From Diadema antillarum (lineage: Eukaryota), in the NCBI RefSeq assembly GCF_040938485.1, contig NW_027271017.1, positions 186,001-250,000 of the forward strand: DNA of 64,000 nt, written 5' to 3'. The position numbers and the translations under genes are program-made. Each line of letters starts with the position of its first letter. Position 1 is the first letter of the stretch. Positions 53,291 to 64,000 of the stretch are shown piece by piece. The notes below the pieces were generated by a model. The model saw nothing but the letters and a program-made list of their open reading frames with translations, had not been told where the DNA came from and did no database searches.

Positions 53291-54150
53291 ATTATTTATC
53301 GGCTGAAGTATGGAACTTGAAATATCGTGTGCATTCTTTTGCAGGCATGATTAGTAGTGTGTCCGTTGTTCCATCAAAGAGCTGTCACGTGCAGCGCTCT
53401 TATATACCCGATCATGCTAACTCTAAAGATACATACTGGTAAGTGTGTAGGGTTGTTTTGTTAAATGGAGTAGACAATTGTGTGTTTCCACATGTTTTCT
53501 TTCATTGAAAACTACATTTGTTGCCAAAATCAGTCGCAAACAGAAGTGACAACAACACCTCACAATTAGACAAGAATGAAATTTCTACAGAGTATTGATG
53601 CAAATGGACTGCAAAAATCACTTAAAAATAATAAGATGATAACACTTAAAAATGATATAGCTGTGTCAACAGAACACAGGTTGTGGGAAAATATTCTTAA
53701 TGTCATCTAATTCTTATAGTGGATAGAAAGAATGTATGCATCAAAGATTGGTCTACGAAATGTGAACCAGCGCTGTCCCCGAGATACTGTCGTACTCGTA
53801 TCCTTGCTCATAACACTTGTCCGTATAAGCAATGGTTTACGGTATATCTTATGTCGGTTTCAGTTGCATTGATTTTTGTTCTTTTGAGTTATTAAAGATT
53901 GAAGAGTGACGAAGCAGTATAATCATAATTATCTTGATATCACCCTGCGCAGTCCGACAATAATTATGGTGAAAGATATAGTGACTAATGTAATGACATG
54001 GATCCTGTCTTGTATGTTAACTCATTTAAAAACAAAAGAAGAAAATAATTTATTCTGTAGTATACCTTAAAATATGTTAAAATGAATTTCGATGAGAACT
54101 TACATGAATTATCTATGCACCATCTTTATTGAGACAAAAGAGGAAATAAT

Positions 54151-54212
<62 letters not shown>

Positions 54213-54454
54213 CCAAGCAGCGGTTTGGTAGATCAGGGATGTGAAAACTTCCCTGGGCAATGCTGGGTATAAGATCATCTTCAATGTCTTTGTGAGATAA
54301 ATGCAAAACCATGTAAATATATAATATTTATTTTTATTTTTTTGTAAAGCAATTGTAAATAAAATGTATACTATTGTTACGGTAAATCATTGAGATTAAG
54401 AGATAGGTTTTTGTCCTACATTTCGTATTGTGTTGGTCATTTTGCAGAGAGGAT

Positions 54455-54486
<32 letters not shown>

Positions 54487-54606
54487 AATAGGGGACGAGA
54501 GAAGATGAAGACTTTTAAATTACAAAAGGAACAACTGATATAGAGGTATAAGATGACTTGATGACTAGAAATACTATTGAACAGACACACACATACACAC
54601 ACAAAC

Positions 54607-54639
<33 letters not shown>

Positions 54640-55829
54640 CATACATATAAATATGAAAAGGAGAGGTTGGAATGTATTATTAGTGTTAGCGTCCAACATC
54701 TTTTAATGGGTGCACCATTAAAAGTTGATAATGCATTAAGATCTCTTGTTTTCATCTGTTTTGTGTGAACCAACACGTGGACTAAAAGCCTCATTATGTG
54801 TATAGGGTGCGGTTGAATATTTTTGTGTTAGTAGAGAAAGAAAATGAAGTACGAGAAAAAGAAAAGAGGGGGAAATATAGACATGAAATAGGTGAAAGGA
54901 AGGGTGATACATATGAAATTATCCTAAAAATATATCGAGGAAATAAACTGTAGAAAACAGCATCATGGTTTTCAGACTTAGTACCATGCCCTATATACAC
55001 AGTAGTCAATTTGATTAATGACAGTCTTATACCGACACATGGAAGATAACAACAATTCAATTCAATTACAATCATTTTTTTCTCAAAAGGGTAAAACATA
55101 ATACAAATGCACATTGTCACAAATTGTATTGATTAAATGTGTACAGTATACATGTATTCCAAAGTGAATGTTAGAATATATCACAAAACAGATTACATTA
55201 TATTGAAATGAAATGAATGATAAGGGAAGAAATGCAAACTTTTCAAAGGTGAGAGGAAAGGAGTGATAAAATGAAATGTATTGCTTGGAAGAAACTCTCA
55301 AACTGAAAATCACATTTCGACTCTTCTCATCTGAATAATTCAGAGGCCTGGTTATTTTGTTTTTTGTTTTTGTTTTGTTTTGGTATCGTAGGGCTCTTAT
55401 CGGTTTCCTTAATGAAGGTTATTTGTACTACTGAAGAACCAATCCATCGTCAAATCAGGTGAAAACTCGAATGTTAATACACAAGCAATTTTGATTATTT
55501 GGCAGTGTACTTATAGATAATGTATAGTAATGTACTTTGGAGAATCCTTTATTGGATTCCAAATGCTAGGTCTTGTATAAACAAACATATTTAGGTATAC
55601 ACGGTTCTCAATAAGGGGAGATGGATTGGTATAAATATGTATCCCTGACTATGGGAGATGAAATAAATCATTAGATAATATTTTGGGTAAGTAAATTACT
55701 GTTACAATCAACCAAAATGCGTGCAAGTCGTTTATTTCAAGATTTTTCATCATCAGAAAGGAAAGGACCGGTATGTGATCTTTTATAATAGGACCATCGT
55801 TCGTTCGTTCGTTCGAATTTTGTTTTGCT

Positions 55830-56700
55830 TCTCAAATCAAATCAAATAAAATATGAATAACATCAATGTGACACATTCAAACCAAATATAACCAAATGAC
55901 AAAGGAGCAATACAAAACAAAAGTGCAGTTGATATTACATGCATAACAAAAATCTTTGTAAAACATTGATTGTTACATAAAATACAAATAAGGCAGTATA
56001 TTTGATTTAATAAGGAAGCAGGAGACCTTCAGCATAGGCATAGCTTGACTTGGCTGATGGCCTCATTGGGAAATATAACTAAGGTTTGCCTCTCACTGAA
56101 AGTACAGTTTGTTTGTTTGTTTGTTCTACATTACAATAGTATGCTTTATAGGGAAAAGATGTGAATGAGTGTTGTGCAAGTGCAATAGGTGACTTGAATG
56201 TTTGTGTTGGGGCCATTTATAACATATAATTATTCTTCCGTTTATCAATACAATGATACTAATAATTTCACACCTAAACATATACAAAATCATATCAAAT
56301 TATTATAATTTATTTTACTAAATATATTGAGTTAACATAATTTCTTTAAACTAGCTTTAAAAAAAAAAACCAAAGATGTTCGTGTCTTTAGGGAGTCGGG
56401 TAAAGCATTCCATGTATCAGGTCCGTGATGTTTCACTGACCTGAGCTATAAGAGATTTTGGATTATGTAGATGAAAATCTGTTGAGTGTCTTGTAGGGTG
56501 CGAATAAAAGTTAGTATTATAATCGAAAAAGTTTTGTGGTAACAAATTTTGCGTGTACTTATACAAAAATATATAAGTTTGAAACGTATGTATATCATCA
56601 TTTAACACATTTAGCTGCTTGAATAACGGGGTCGTATGCGCTAAATACGTAGAGTGTGAACATATTCTGATCGCCTTCTTTTGCAATAAAAACAATAAAT
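55830..56700 (-). mobile_element. Degenerate Crack/CR1-group LINE 3' fragment
   Basis: The ORF at 56417-56695 reads LQKKAIRIC..STYLAHTTPLFKQLNVL...FLYKY..NLLP...HPTR, a typical post-RT region. An (ATTTG)n tail lies near 55835-55850. Boundaries approximate. Confidence 0.7.
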
Positions 56701-57033
56701 TTACCTGCGTCTTATTACAATTATCTCAAACAATATTACAATATGCCATATGAGGGAAAATAAATGCATTGTAAATCATATGTAATGATTTAGATGACAA
56801 CAAATGTCGCAATTTAGATAATATACCAATCTGTTTGGATATAACCGTTATAAACTTTGTTCAAAGTGCAGTGTAGTGCCTGATCCTTGCGTGCTAGGTC
56901 AACGTCTTTACTCACTTTATTGTAACAGGTCACGAATGAATGCGCGCGCACTTAATGAATATTCAAGAGGAGACGCATCAAAACTAGAAATGCAGAGAAT
57001 TGTTGTTTCTCAAAAGCCAGGTTTCCGGGTAAA

Positions 57034-58031
57034 CCATATAAGGCTACTGTTATCTAACATTGCGCAAGTAGTTCCTGATGGTCCCAGATGTGTATAAAAA
57101 TACTGGACGAGGTCTGGCTTCATAAGTCATTGGAAACTTCCCTTCATGAGAAGACAGATCTACCGGCCATACACACAGAAGTGACCATTTATAGGACCCA
57201 GCATCCAGGAACAAGTTTGGGACATCTTGCGTTTTCACAACCCTGGATGCCCAGTTCGCTTCCTGTCAGATAGTCATGTGATGTCTGGTTTGTATGCAAA
57301 TGAAACAGCTATGAATAATTACTGTATGACAGCCAATCGTTTTGCAGTTACTTAATATATGCAGTATTTTGTAACCAATCAAAATAGTATTGCCTTTTTG
57401 ACCATTGAGAGCTTGCCCAGATTATTTTGTAGACCCCACAATTTATTCAGTCCTGCTGTAACTTTCACAGAGTGATCATCTTGTTGTGTCTCAATTTTGC
57501 TCAGATCTGACGCTTCTAGCAGACAATTGAAACAAGAGTGTCAGGCACTATATGCGTCTCCAAAATGACAATTTAACATGGAAATCACTTTTGTATCACA
57601 TGAATCAATGATACTATTTACTTACGTTCATTGTAGCAAGAGAAGAACTGCCGGCGTTTAGCAGATCTACGTGTATTAGTTAACCGTATGTATAGTGGTG
57701 TTGCAGACGACTTCCGAATGTATAGACTGCACGATCGATCCCATCGCGGAGCAAATATTGTGCGATCAATGGGATTTGTGTGCACGTTCGCCCGCCTGAG
57801 GCTCGTTCAAGAATATTCAAACTGCCAATTACATTATTTTATCGATGGCAACCTAACATCGCTTTCATGCAACGGATTTCAAGAACGATGGTAGGCTACC
57901 ATCGATGGTAAGAGAAGCGATGGTTACTTACCATCTTTTTTAATGGTAAGAAAAAGTTTTATGCAACAGCGCACAGTTCTTCCGTGCCGTCGGCATTTTT
58001 TTTTTCGGCAGCCGATTGTCAGCAAATATTG
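57034..58031 (+). promoter_or_regulatory. Locus 7 promoter and non-coding first exon, interrupted by a ~0.72 kb insertion
   Basis: CArG at 57034-57043, TTGCGCAA at 57060-57067, TATA at 57093-57100. Similarity to the locus 5/6 leader stops at ~57230 and resumes at ~57948, ending GCCGATTGTCAGCAAATATTG|GTAAA (donor 58032). Confidence 0.7.
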
Positions 58032-59094
58032 GTAAATATTTGAATGTTCAATGTTTTTACTTTGTTTGCTATTAAATTTATCAATGTACTATATTTGTTG
58101 ATTATGATAATGCTTTTCTTGGCTAGAGGCTTAAAATGCGTCGATTTTATCACGATCTGATGGTTTCTCTGATAGGAATTATGGCATCCAACAAAACAAA
58201 CTATGTATGTCTGCATTCTTATACTAAGTATTCCCAAGGAGGTTTGAGAGATGGAGTTCCAACTGGCTGTAATTGTTCATACAGCTGCTAATTTTCTATT
58301 GATGCACAAAAGAATTCCACAGGTGCATTATTGTGCCTTTGATGATCAGGGTTCCATGCCGCTGTCTTTTTGAGCAATCTGAAGCTTCATTTTAAACTCA
58401 AACATTATATCGTCTATATTCTGCTTGTTCATTTGTCAAATAAAATGAATGTTCTCTTAATGATAAAGCATACGAAACAAAAGTAAATCCCGTCCTAGAT
58501 TATGTACAAAAATGTAAACCTGAGCTGTATGTCGTGAAAATATTTGAAACTGTACTCTCACTACAAAGCCGATTTTATCATCTTTCCGATCGCTTGCGAC
58601 AAATGAAACTGATAAGGTATAATTTTCGAGTATAGTTCTTTATTCATTGATATGTTAGATTAGTGTAAAGTCATGTAAAAACGAGTTATTCTGATTTTCA
58701 TTTCATCAATTTTTGCACAATTTTTATTCGCGCATCCTCGTGCCTATACTATTAATGTGCCGCTTGTTTTCGAGGAAGGGACGGCGAAAAGCAATTACCA
58801 TCATAAAGACATATCTTCCATTGAGAGTGACGAGTCATGATGCAATCCACATGAATCCATTGTCTTCCTATCTGTGAGGCAGCTCCAGTTTAGCACATAC
58901 TTCAAATATTTCTGAGTGGCGGCATGAAACATGGGATCAAAAGGAATGAGACTGTTGTTACTCCATTTCTGAAACCTCCTTGGTATTCCTTAATTGACTC
59001 CATGCTGATAATGTACGGGTGTATTTCATTCTATTTCACACAGATTCACTTGGCCTCTTACTTGGCTAATGAAACCAAAACAAATTCAACAAAT

Positions 59095-59333
59095 ATGGCC
59101 GACTTCGTGAATGATGATGTCGCTCCCCTGGTCATCGACAACGGATCTGGGATATGCAAAGCTGGCTTCGCAGGGGATGATACACCACGGGCTGTCTTCC
59201 CTTCTCTTGTTGGAAGACCAAGACACTATCCAACTTCCCCGGTAAAACGATAACCCCTCTCCATACTTAATTGTAAAATATGTTTCATTTGACACTGTTT
59301 GAGTTCAAGAAAAATCTCTTTCTTTCTATTTCA

Positions 59334-59364
<31 letters not shown>

Positions 59365-62300
59365 ACGTTCTATCACATTCCGCTGCCTTGATCAAGTAAT
59401 TGAAGAAAAAAATTATAAAACAACAACATAATTAATTGGCAGGAAATGTTGAAAGAGGGGGAATTAATATGACTTTATGAGAAAAGTTAAGGTTCCATTT
59501 CATGTGTCTTGGAAAATAAAAATGAAATTAAAAATTAATGACTAATTGATAATGTGTACATTGTATTTCGTACTCATACCATCTATATTATCAGTATGCA
59601 TCGTAGTAATGCCTAGTACAGTATATCTATAAAAATGTAGGTTTATATAGTGAAATATGAAAGAAATTAATGGACATAATGTACTAATTTGCGAGATGAT
59701 ATCAGAGTCTGAGTTATGATACAAGAATTCATGTTATAATTATTTCATCACTATTTAATGTGATAGGAAATGCGAACCAAACATTCGATTAAGTTCCAAT
59801 TGACAATATTGTGAACGGTGATATATACGTTCTACAATGTACTAAATTTTACCCACTCAGATATTCACGGCTGATGGCATGATACCCAAAGACAGCTACG
59901 TCGGATACGAGGCCCAAAGAAGGTGGGGCATTCTCAGCCTCAAATACCCGATCGAACACGGCATCGTCACCAACTGGGACGACATGGAGAAGATCTGGCA
60001 TCACACGTTCTATAACGAACTACGTGTCGTCCCCGAAGAACACCCGGTACTTCTCACCGAGGCCCCGATGAACCCGAAAGCAAACAGGGAAAAGATGACG
60101 CAGGTACAATCTTCCTCCCTTTTGTCTTGTAATATTATTGAGTCACCATTTCTCTCGGTTTGTTTGTTTGTTTGTTTGTTTGTTTTTCGTCTTTCCGCTA
60201 GTATGAAATCAAAAGGTTCAGTATCAATAGTCATATTAGGTCCTCAAGTTTTTATCAACTACAGTTTCTTGGAAAATAATTATAACGGTATGTATAGCTT
60301 CATTTCTCTTTATGCTGCATGACATTGTGTATATGTTACATCATTCGTTTTTCTCTCCCGTTGCTGGTAGTTCTAACTTTCTAACTTCTAACTTTCTAAC
60401 GACTTAGGACCTATGTAAGATTATTCGTATTTATGTTCTGTGTAATGTTGGGTTTCACTCCGGATGTACCAGCTTTTTAATTAAAGTCACTTTCCACTCT
60501 GTGGAAAACTATCACAATGAATTCATTTAACTTTTACTGATGGTGATGATAAAATAATTGTGTCGTCAGTCGAGAACAAATTATACTCAATTTTCATTTA
60601 AGATCACACTAAGATCACTTGAAAATGTCTGCATACATAAATGGTGCCTCGCTCGGATGACTTCATTAGTTTGATCAACTTGCTACTTTCCTTAGCATTG
60701 ATACCATAAGTTTAATCATAACATCATACTATACTTTGTACATTCCGTAGACTTTATAATATTCTAGACATATTGTATATTTGCATGTTACGTCACTTTT
60801 GACATTGATATACTGTACTAAAAGCCTATAATAATTATCATATATTTTTTGAACCCACATTCTACAAGCTGTGCTTTTTCGTGGGTTCCTCATATTACAC
60901 GTCAATTATACGTCTTTATACATTTGTGCAATTTTGATTCAAACTGACCACTGTGTTCAAAACATTTTTTTTCAAAATAAAATGGAATATAAAACTTATA
61001 TGAAATATGGAATATGGAACATGAATAAAAAAAATTTTTATTCTTCTGCTAATATGTAAAATACCACTATAAACTTACTCACACAATATGACGCAACACC
61101 GCATGGACTTATTCTTATCTTTTTTTTATTCTGTGCAGATCATGTTCGAGACGTTCAACACACCAGCCTTGTACGTAGCCATCCAAGCCGTCATGTCCAT
61201 CTACGCCTCGGGACGGACAACAGGGATCGTCTTCGATGCTGGTGATGGCGTCTCCCATACCGTGCCGATCTATGAAGGCTACGCCCTCCCTCATGCTATC
61301 CTTCGTATGGATCTGACCGGTAGAGATCTCACAGATTACCTGATGAAGATGCTCACCGAGAGAGTCTACACCTTCACGTCCACAGGTAGAGATAAAAAAT
61401 GTGATTTATCTCTTGCTTGAATTTGAATTTACTGCCTCCATTTCTGTTTTAAACTTCAGTGTCATACATCACTTGCCTTGGGTAACAGTCGAACACAGAC
61501 TAATACGTTTGTTTTTGTTGATCAAACTACAGATCACATGATGAAGATTCCCACCGAGAGAGGCTACACCTTCCCGTCCACAGGTAGATGTGATTTATTT
61601 TAAACAATAATTTCTTGCTTTAATAGTAAGAATTTATTGTTTCAATTTCTATTTTTTATGTCTAAACTTCAGTGTCATACGTCACTTGCCTTGGGTAAAA
61701 GTCGAACACAGACTAATAAGTTTGTTTTTGTTGATCAAACTAGGACATTTTACGTTTATTTCCCTTTGATTAATGAAGCATAGGGCCTACATATTATCAT
61801 AACCGTCTTACGGAAAGTACTGTAGATGTCACGGGTTTGATAATTTGTTAGAAAATGTATAGAACAAACAAATATTGAATTAAGCAATCTTGGGAATTTT
61901 GTTTGATTTAAAGCCGAGAGAAATATTGTTCGCTACATCAAGGAGAAGCTCTGCTACGTCGCCCTCAACTTCGACCAGGAGATGGAAGCCTCCGCGAGGT
62001 CATCGTCCCTCGAGAAGAGCTACCAGCTTCCCGACGGTCAGGTGATCACCATCGGCAACGAACGCTTCCGGGCTCCCGAGGCGCTCTTCCAACCGTCCTT
62101 CCTGGGCCAAGAGCTGGCCGGAATCCACGAGACCACCTTTAACAGCATCATGAAGTGTGACGTAGACATCCGAAGGGATCTCTGTAGCAACACCGTCCTC
62201 TCTGGTGGGACCACCATGTTTCCTGGAATCGCTGACAGGATGCACAAGGAGCTGACGGCCCTAGCTCCTCCATCCATGAAGATCAAGATCATCGCTCCTC

Positions 62301-62431
62301 CAGAGAGGAAGTACTCGGTCTGGATCGGAGGCTCCATCCTGGCTTCCTTGTCTACCTTCCAACAGATGTGCATCAGCAAACAGGAGTACGATGAGTCGGG
62401 ACCAGGCATCGTTCACAGGAAATGCTTTTAA
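59095..62431 (+). CDS. act: Divergent actin, locus 7 (384 aa predicted)
   Basis: Exons 59095-59241 (12-nt insertion before the donor CCG|GTAAAA), 59861-60103, 61139-61385 and 61914-62431. The frame is open throughout. Confidence 0.88.
61331..61741 (+). repeat. Tandem duplication (~200 bp unit) of the exon 3 end plus intron 3 start of locus 7
   Basis: Unit 1 is 61331-61528 and unit 2 is 61529-61741. Both contain ACAGAT..ATGAAGAT..CACCGAGAGAG..TACACCTTC.CGTCCACAGGTAGA and CACTTGCCTTGGGTAA.AGTCGAACACAGACTAATA. Confidence 0.92.
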
Positions 62432-63423
62432 ATCATTTGAAGGCTGAATTATGGAACTTTGAATGCATGTCCCGCGTACATTCTGGCTGTTGTGTTCGAT
62501 TTTCTGTAACAGAGCAGTAATATTGTGCATTGCTCTTACGTCCCTGTTGCTGAAGTTTTGATTAGTTTGTTTTGTTGTATGGGGGAATTTTTTTCTACAC
62601 GTTTCATTTCTTGAAAAATACTTGTAGGCAAAACAGCTGTCAACAGAAGTGACAAAAATATCAAATTACAATCAGAAATGAATGGTTGAAATGAAGAGAT
62701 TACCATAGTAACTGAGAAATAAGCTTTGATTCGAATGAACTATCAGGTAAGTTTTAATCGCGGCAAAGATCAAAGCAAATATCATTTGTACCTGCGACAA
62801 CTGGACACATGTTGTGGCAAAGATGTTCAGTGTTATCTTGCAGAACATTTTTTATCCGTTGTCTACGTAATTTGGTAGTCACCGTATCCTTAACACACCC
62901 TGTTCCCTTAAACATTGCTCTCCGTAACAGAACATATCTGTTATTGCAGGTTATTGTCTGGTAATGTCCGATGGTAATTGTGATAGACGTTCACATCAAC
63001 ATTTAACATCATCCTGTGCTTATAATATTATGCTGTCGACTATGTCAACTCAATATTTAAAAAAAATACTATACAAAAAAAATGAACAAATTACAAGTGA
63101 GCTTTTTTCTATCTTTCAATCTTTGAGACATGTATCTAAGAATATATGCTATGGTGATACGAGCACCAGAAAATGGCGGTAAAATGTACCATATCCGTGT
63201 AATATTGTAAACTGACTGTAAAATACATGTACAGTATGATTGCTTGTATTCCAAAAAGCTGTGTCCTGCATTTCTGTATGCCTCATCTGCAGAGTGAGCA
63301 AAGAAGAGAGAGAGAGAGATGGAGTCGGGGGGGGGGGGGGTAGATATCACTTGGACTCACTGGAGGAAGTTGAAAATGGAACAGACACACAAAGCATATA
63401 ATTGATGCAATACAAGTATATGC

Positions 63424-63476
<53 letters not shown>

Positions 63477-63529
63477 ATATATTTAGTCTAGGTCCAAACA
63501 TGTTGCGAATTCACGTATTGGCTCCAATG

Positions 63530-63716
63530 TAACGAAGAATAAACCGGTAATGCAATATTTCGCCAATATAGAGTTTATTGAGCAACTCAAATTTTCATTG
63601 ACATTGACATTCCGCGTCGAGACTCCTGAAGAAGGTGGATGGAAGCCACCGAAAATTTGAGTTGCTCAATAAACTCTATATTGGCGAAATATTGCATTAC
63701 CGGTTTATTCTTCGTT

Positions 63717-63717
<1 letters not shown>
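63530..63717. repeat. Perfect 67-bp inverted repeat, 54-nt loop, between (TA)n tracts; probable Penelope-like element remnant
   Basis: 63530-63596 is the exact reverse complement of 63651-63717. The loop and right arm carry a hammerhead motif and AATAAA. Confidence 0.85.
63619..63667 (+). ncRNA. Putative minimal type-I hammerhead ribozyme
   Basis: Stem I ACTC (63622-25) pairs with GAGT (63659-62). Core CTGAAGA at 63626-32 plus an extra A; stem II GGTGG/CCACC with a 7-nt loop; GAAA at 63651-54; loopless palindromic stem III AATT. Predicted cleavage after U63658. Confidence 0.6.
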
Positions 63718-63747
<30 letters not shown>

Positions 63748-63797
63748 TGTATAGTATGTGTGTGTGTGAGAGAGTGTGTTTTGATAGATAGAGGAAA

Positions 63798-63823
63798 TAC
63801 TACTACTACTACAACTACTACTT

Positions 63824-63859
<36 letters not shown>

Positions 63860-63870
63860 TTACTACACTA
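63798..63870. repeat. (ACT)n microsatellite
   Basis: Directly visible. Confidence 0.95.
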
Positions 63871-64000
63871 GGCCTACCACCACAAGTCAGTACAAGGGCA
63901 GCAACGACAGCAACAAAACTACTAATAGTACAGTACTTTCAACTTCACTTCTCACTCTATAGTTCTACCTCTGTTACTATAAGGGCCTATCATATTATGT

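Noticed and set aside
58347-58936. Possible hAT-like TIR pair (CAGGGTTCCATGCCGC / GCGGCATGAAACATG)
   Set aside because: There are too many mismatches and no TSD was found.

Overview
This is eukaryotic, AT-rich genomic DNA, most likely from an echinoderm such as a sea urchin. That assignment is inferred from actin intron positions 41/121/204, TTAA-flanked foldback MITEs and a tRNA-derived SINE. The window holds a tandem cluster of seven intron-containing actin-family loci, oriented - + + + - + +. Loci 1-4 are strongly divergent actin-like genes: locus 1 runs off the left edge, locus 2 has one in-frame TAA, and loci 3/4 are a tandem duplicate pair. Loci 5-7 are near-conventional actins with CArG/TATA promoters. 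Loci 5 and 6 form a ~5.5 kb-arm inverted duplication, and locus 7 has a rebuilt D-loop, R62W and a nascent in-frame cassette exon. Mobile DNA includes an intact, very young Gypsy LTR retrotransposon (identical LTRs, TATTT TSD, tRNA-Ser PBS) just upstream of locus 3, a 4.15 kb TIR element with a repeated 12-13-mer, a Helentron-like element, several MITEs, and LINE/SINE fragments. A probable Penelope-type minimal hammerhead ribozyme sits inside a perfect 67-bp inverted repeat near the right end. Residue numbers use standard mature-actin numbering from by-eye alignment, and all counts were made by hand. There are two assembly gaps (18927-19090, 39596-39790).
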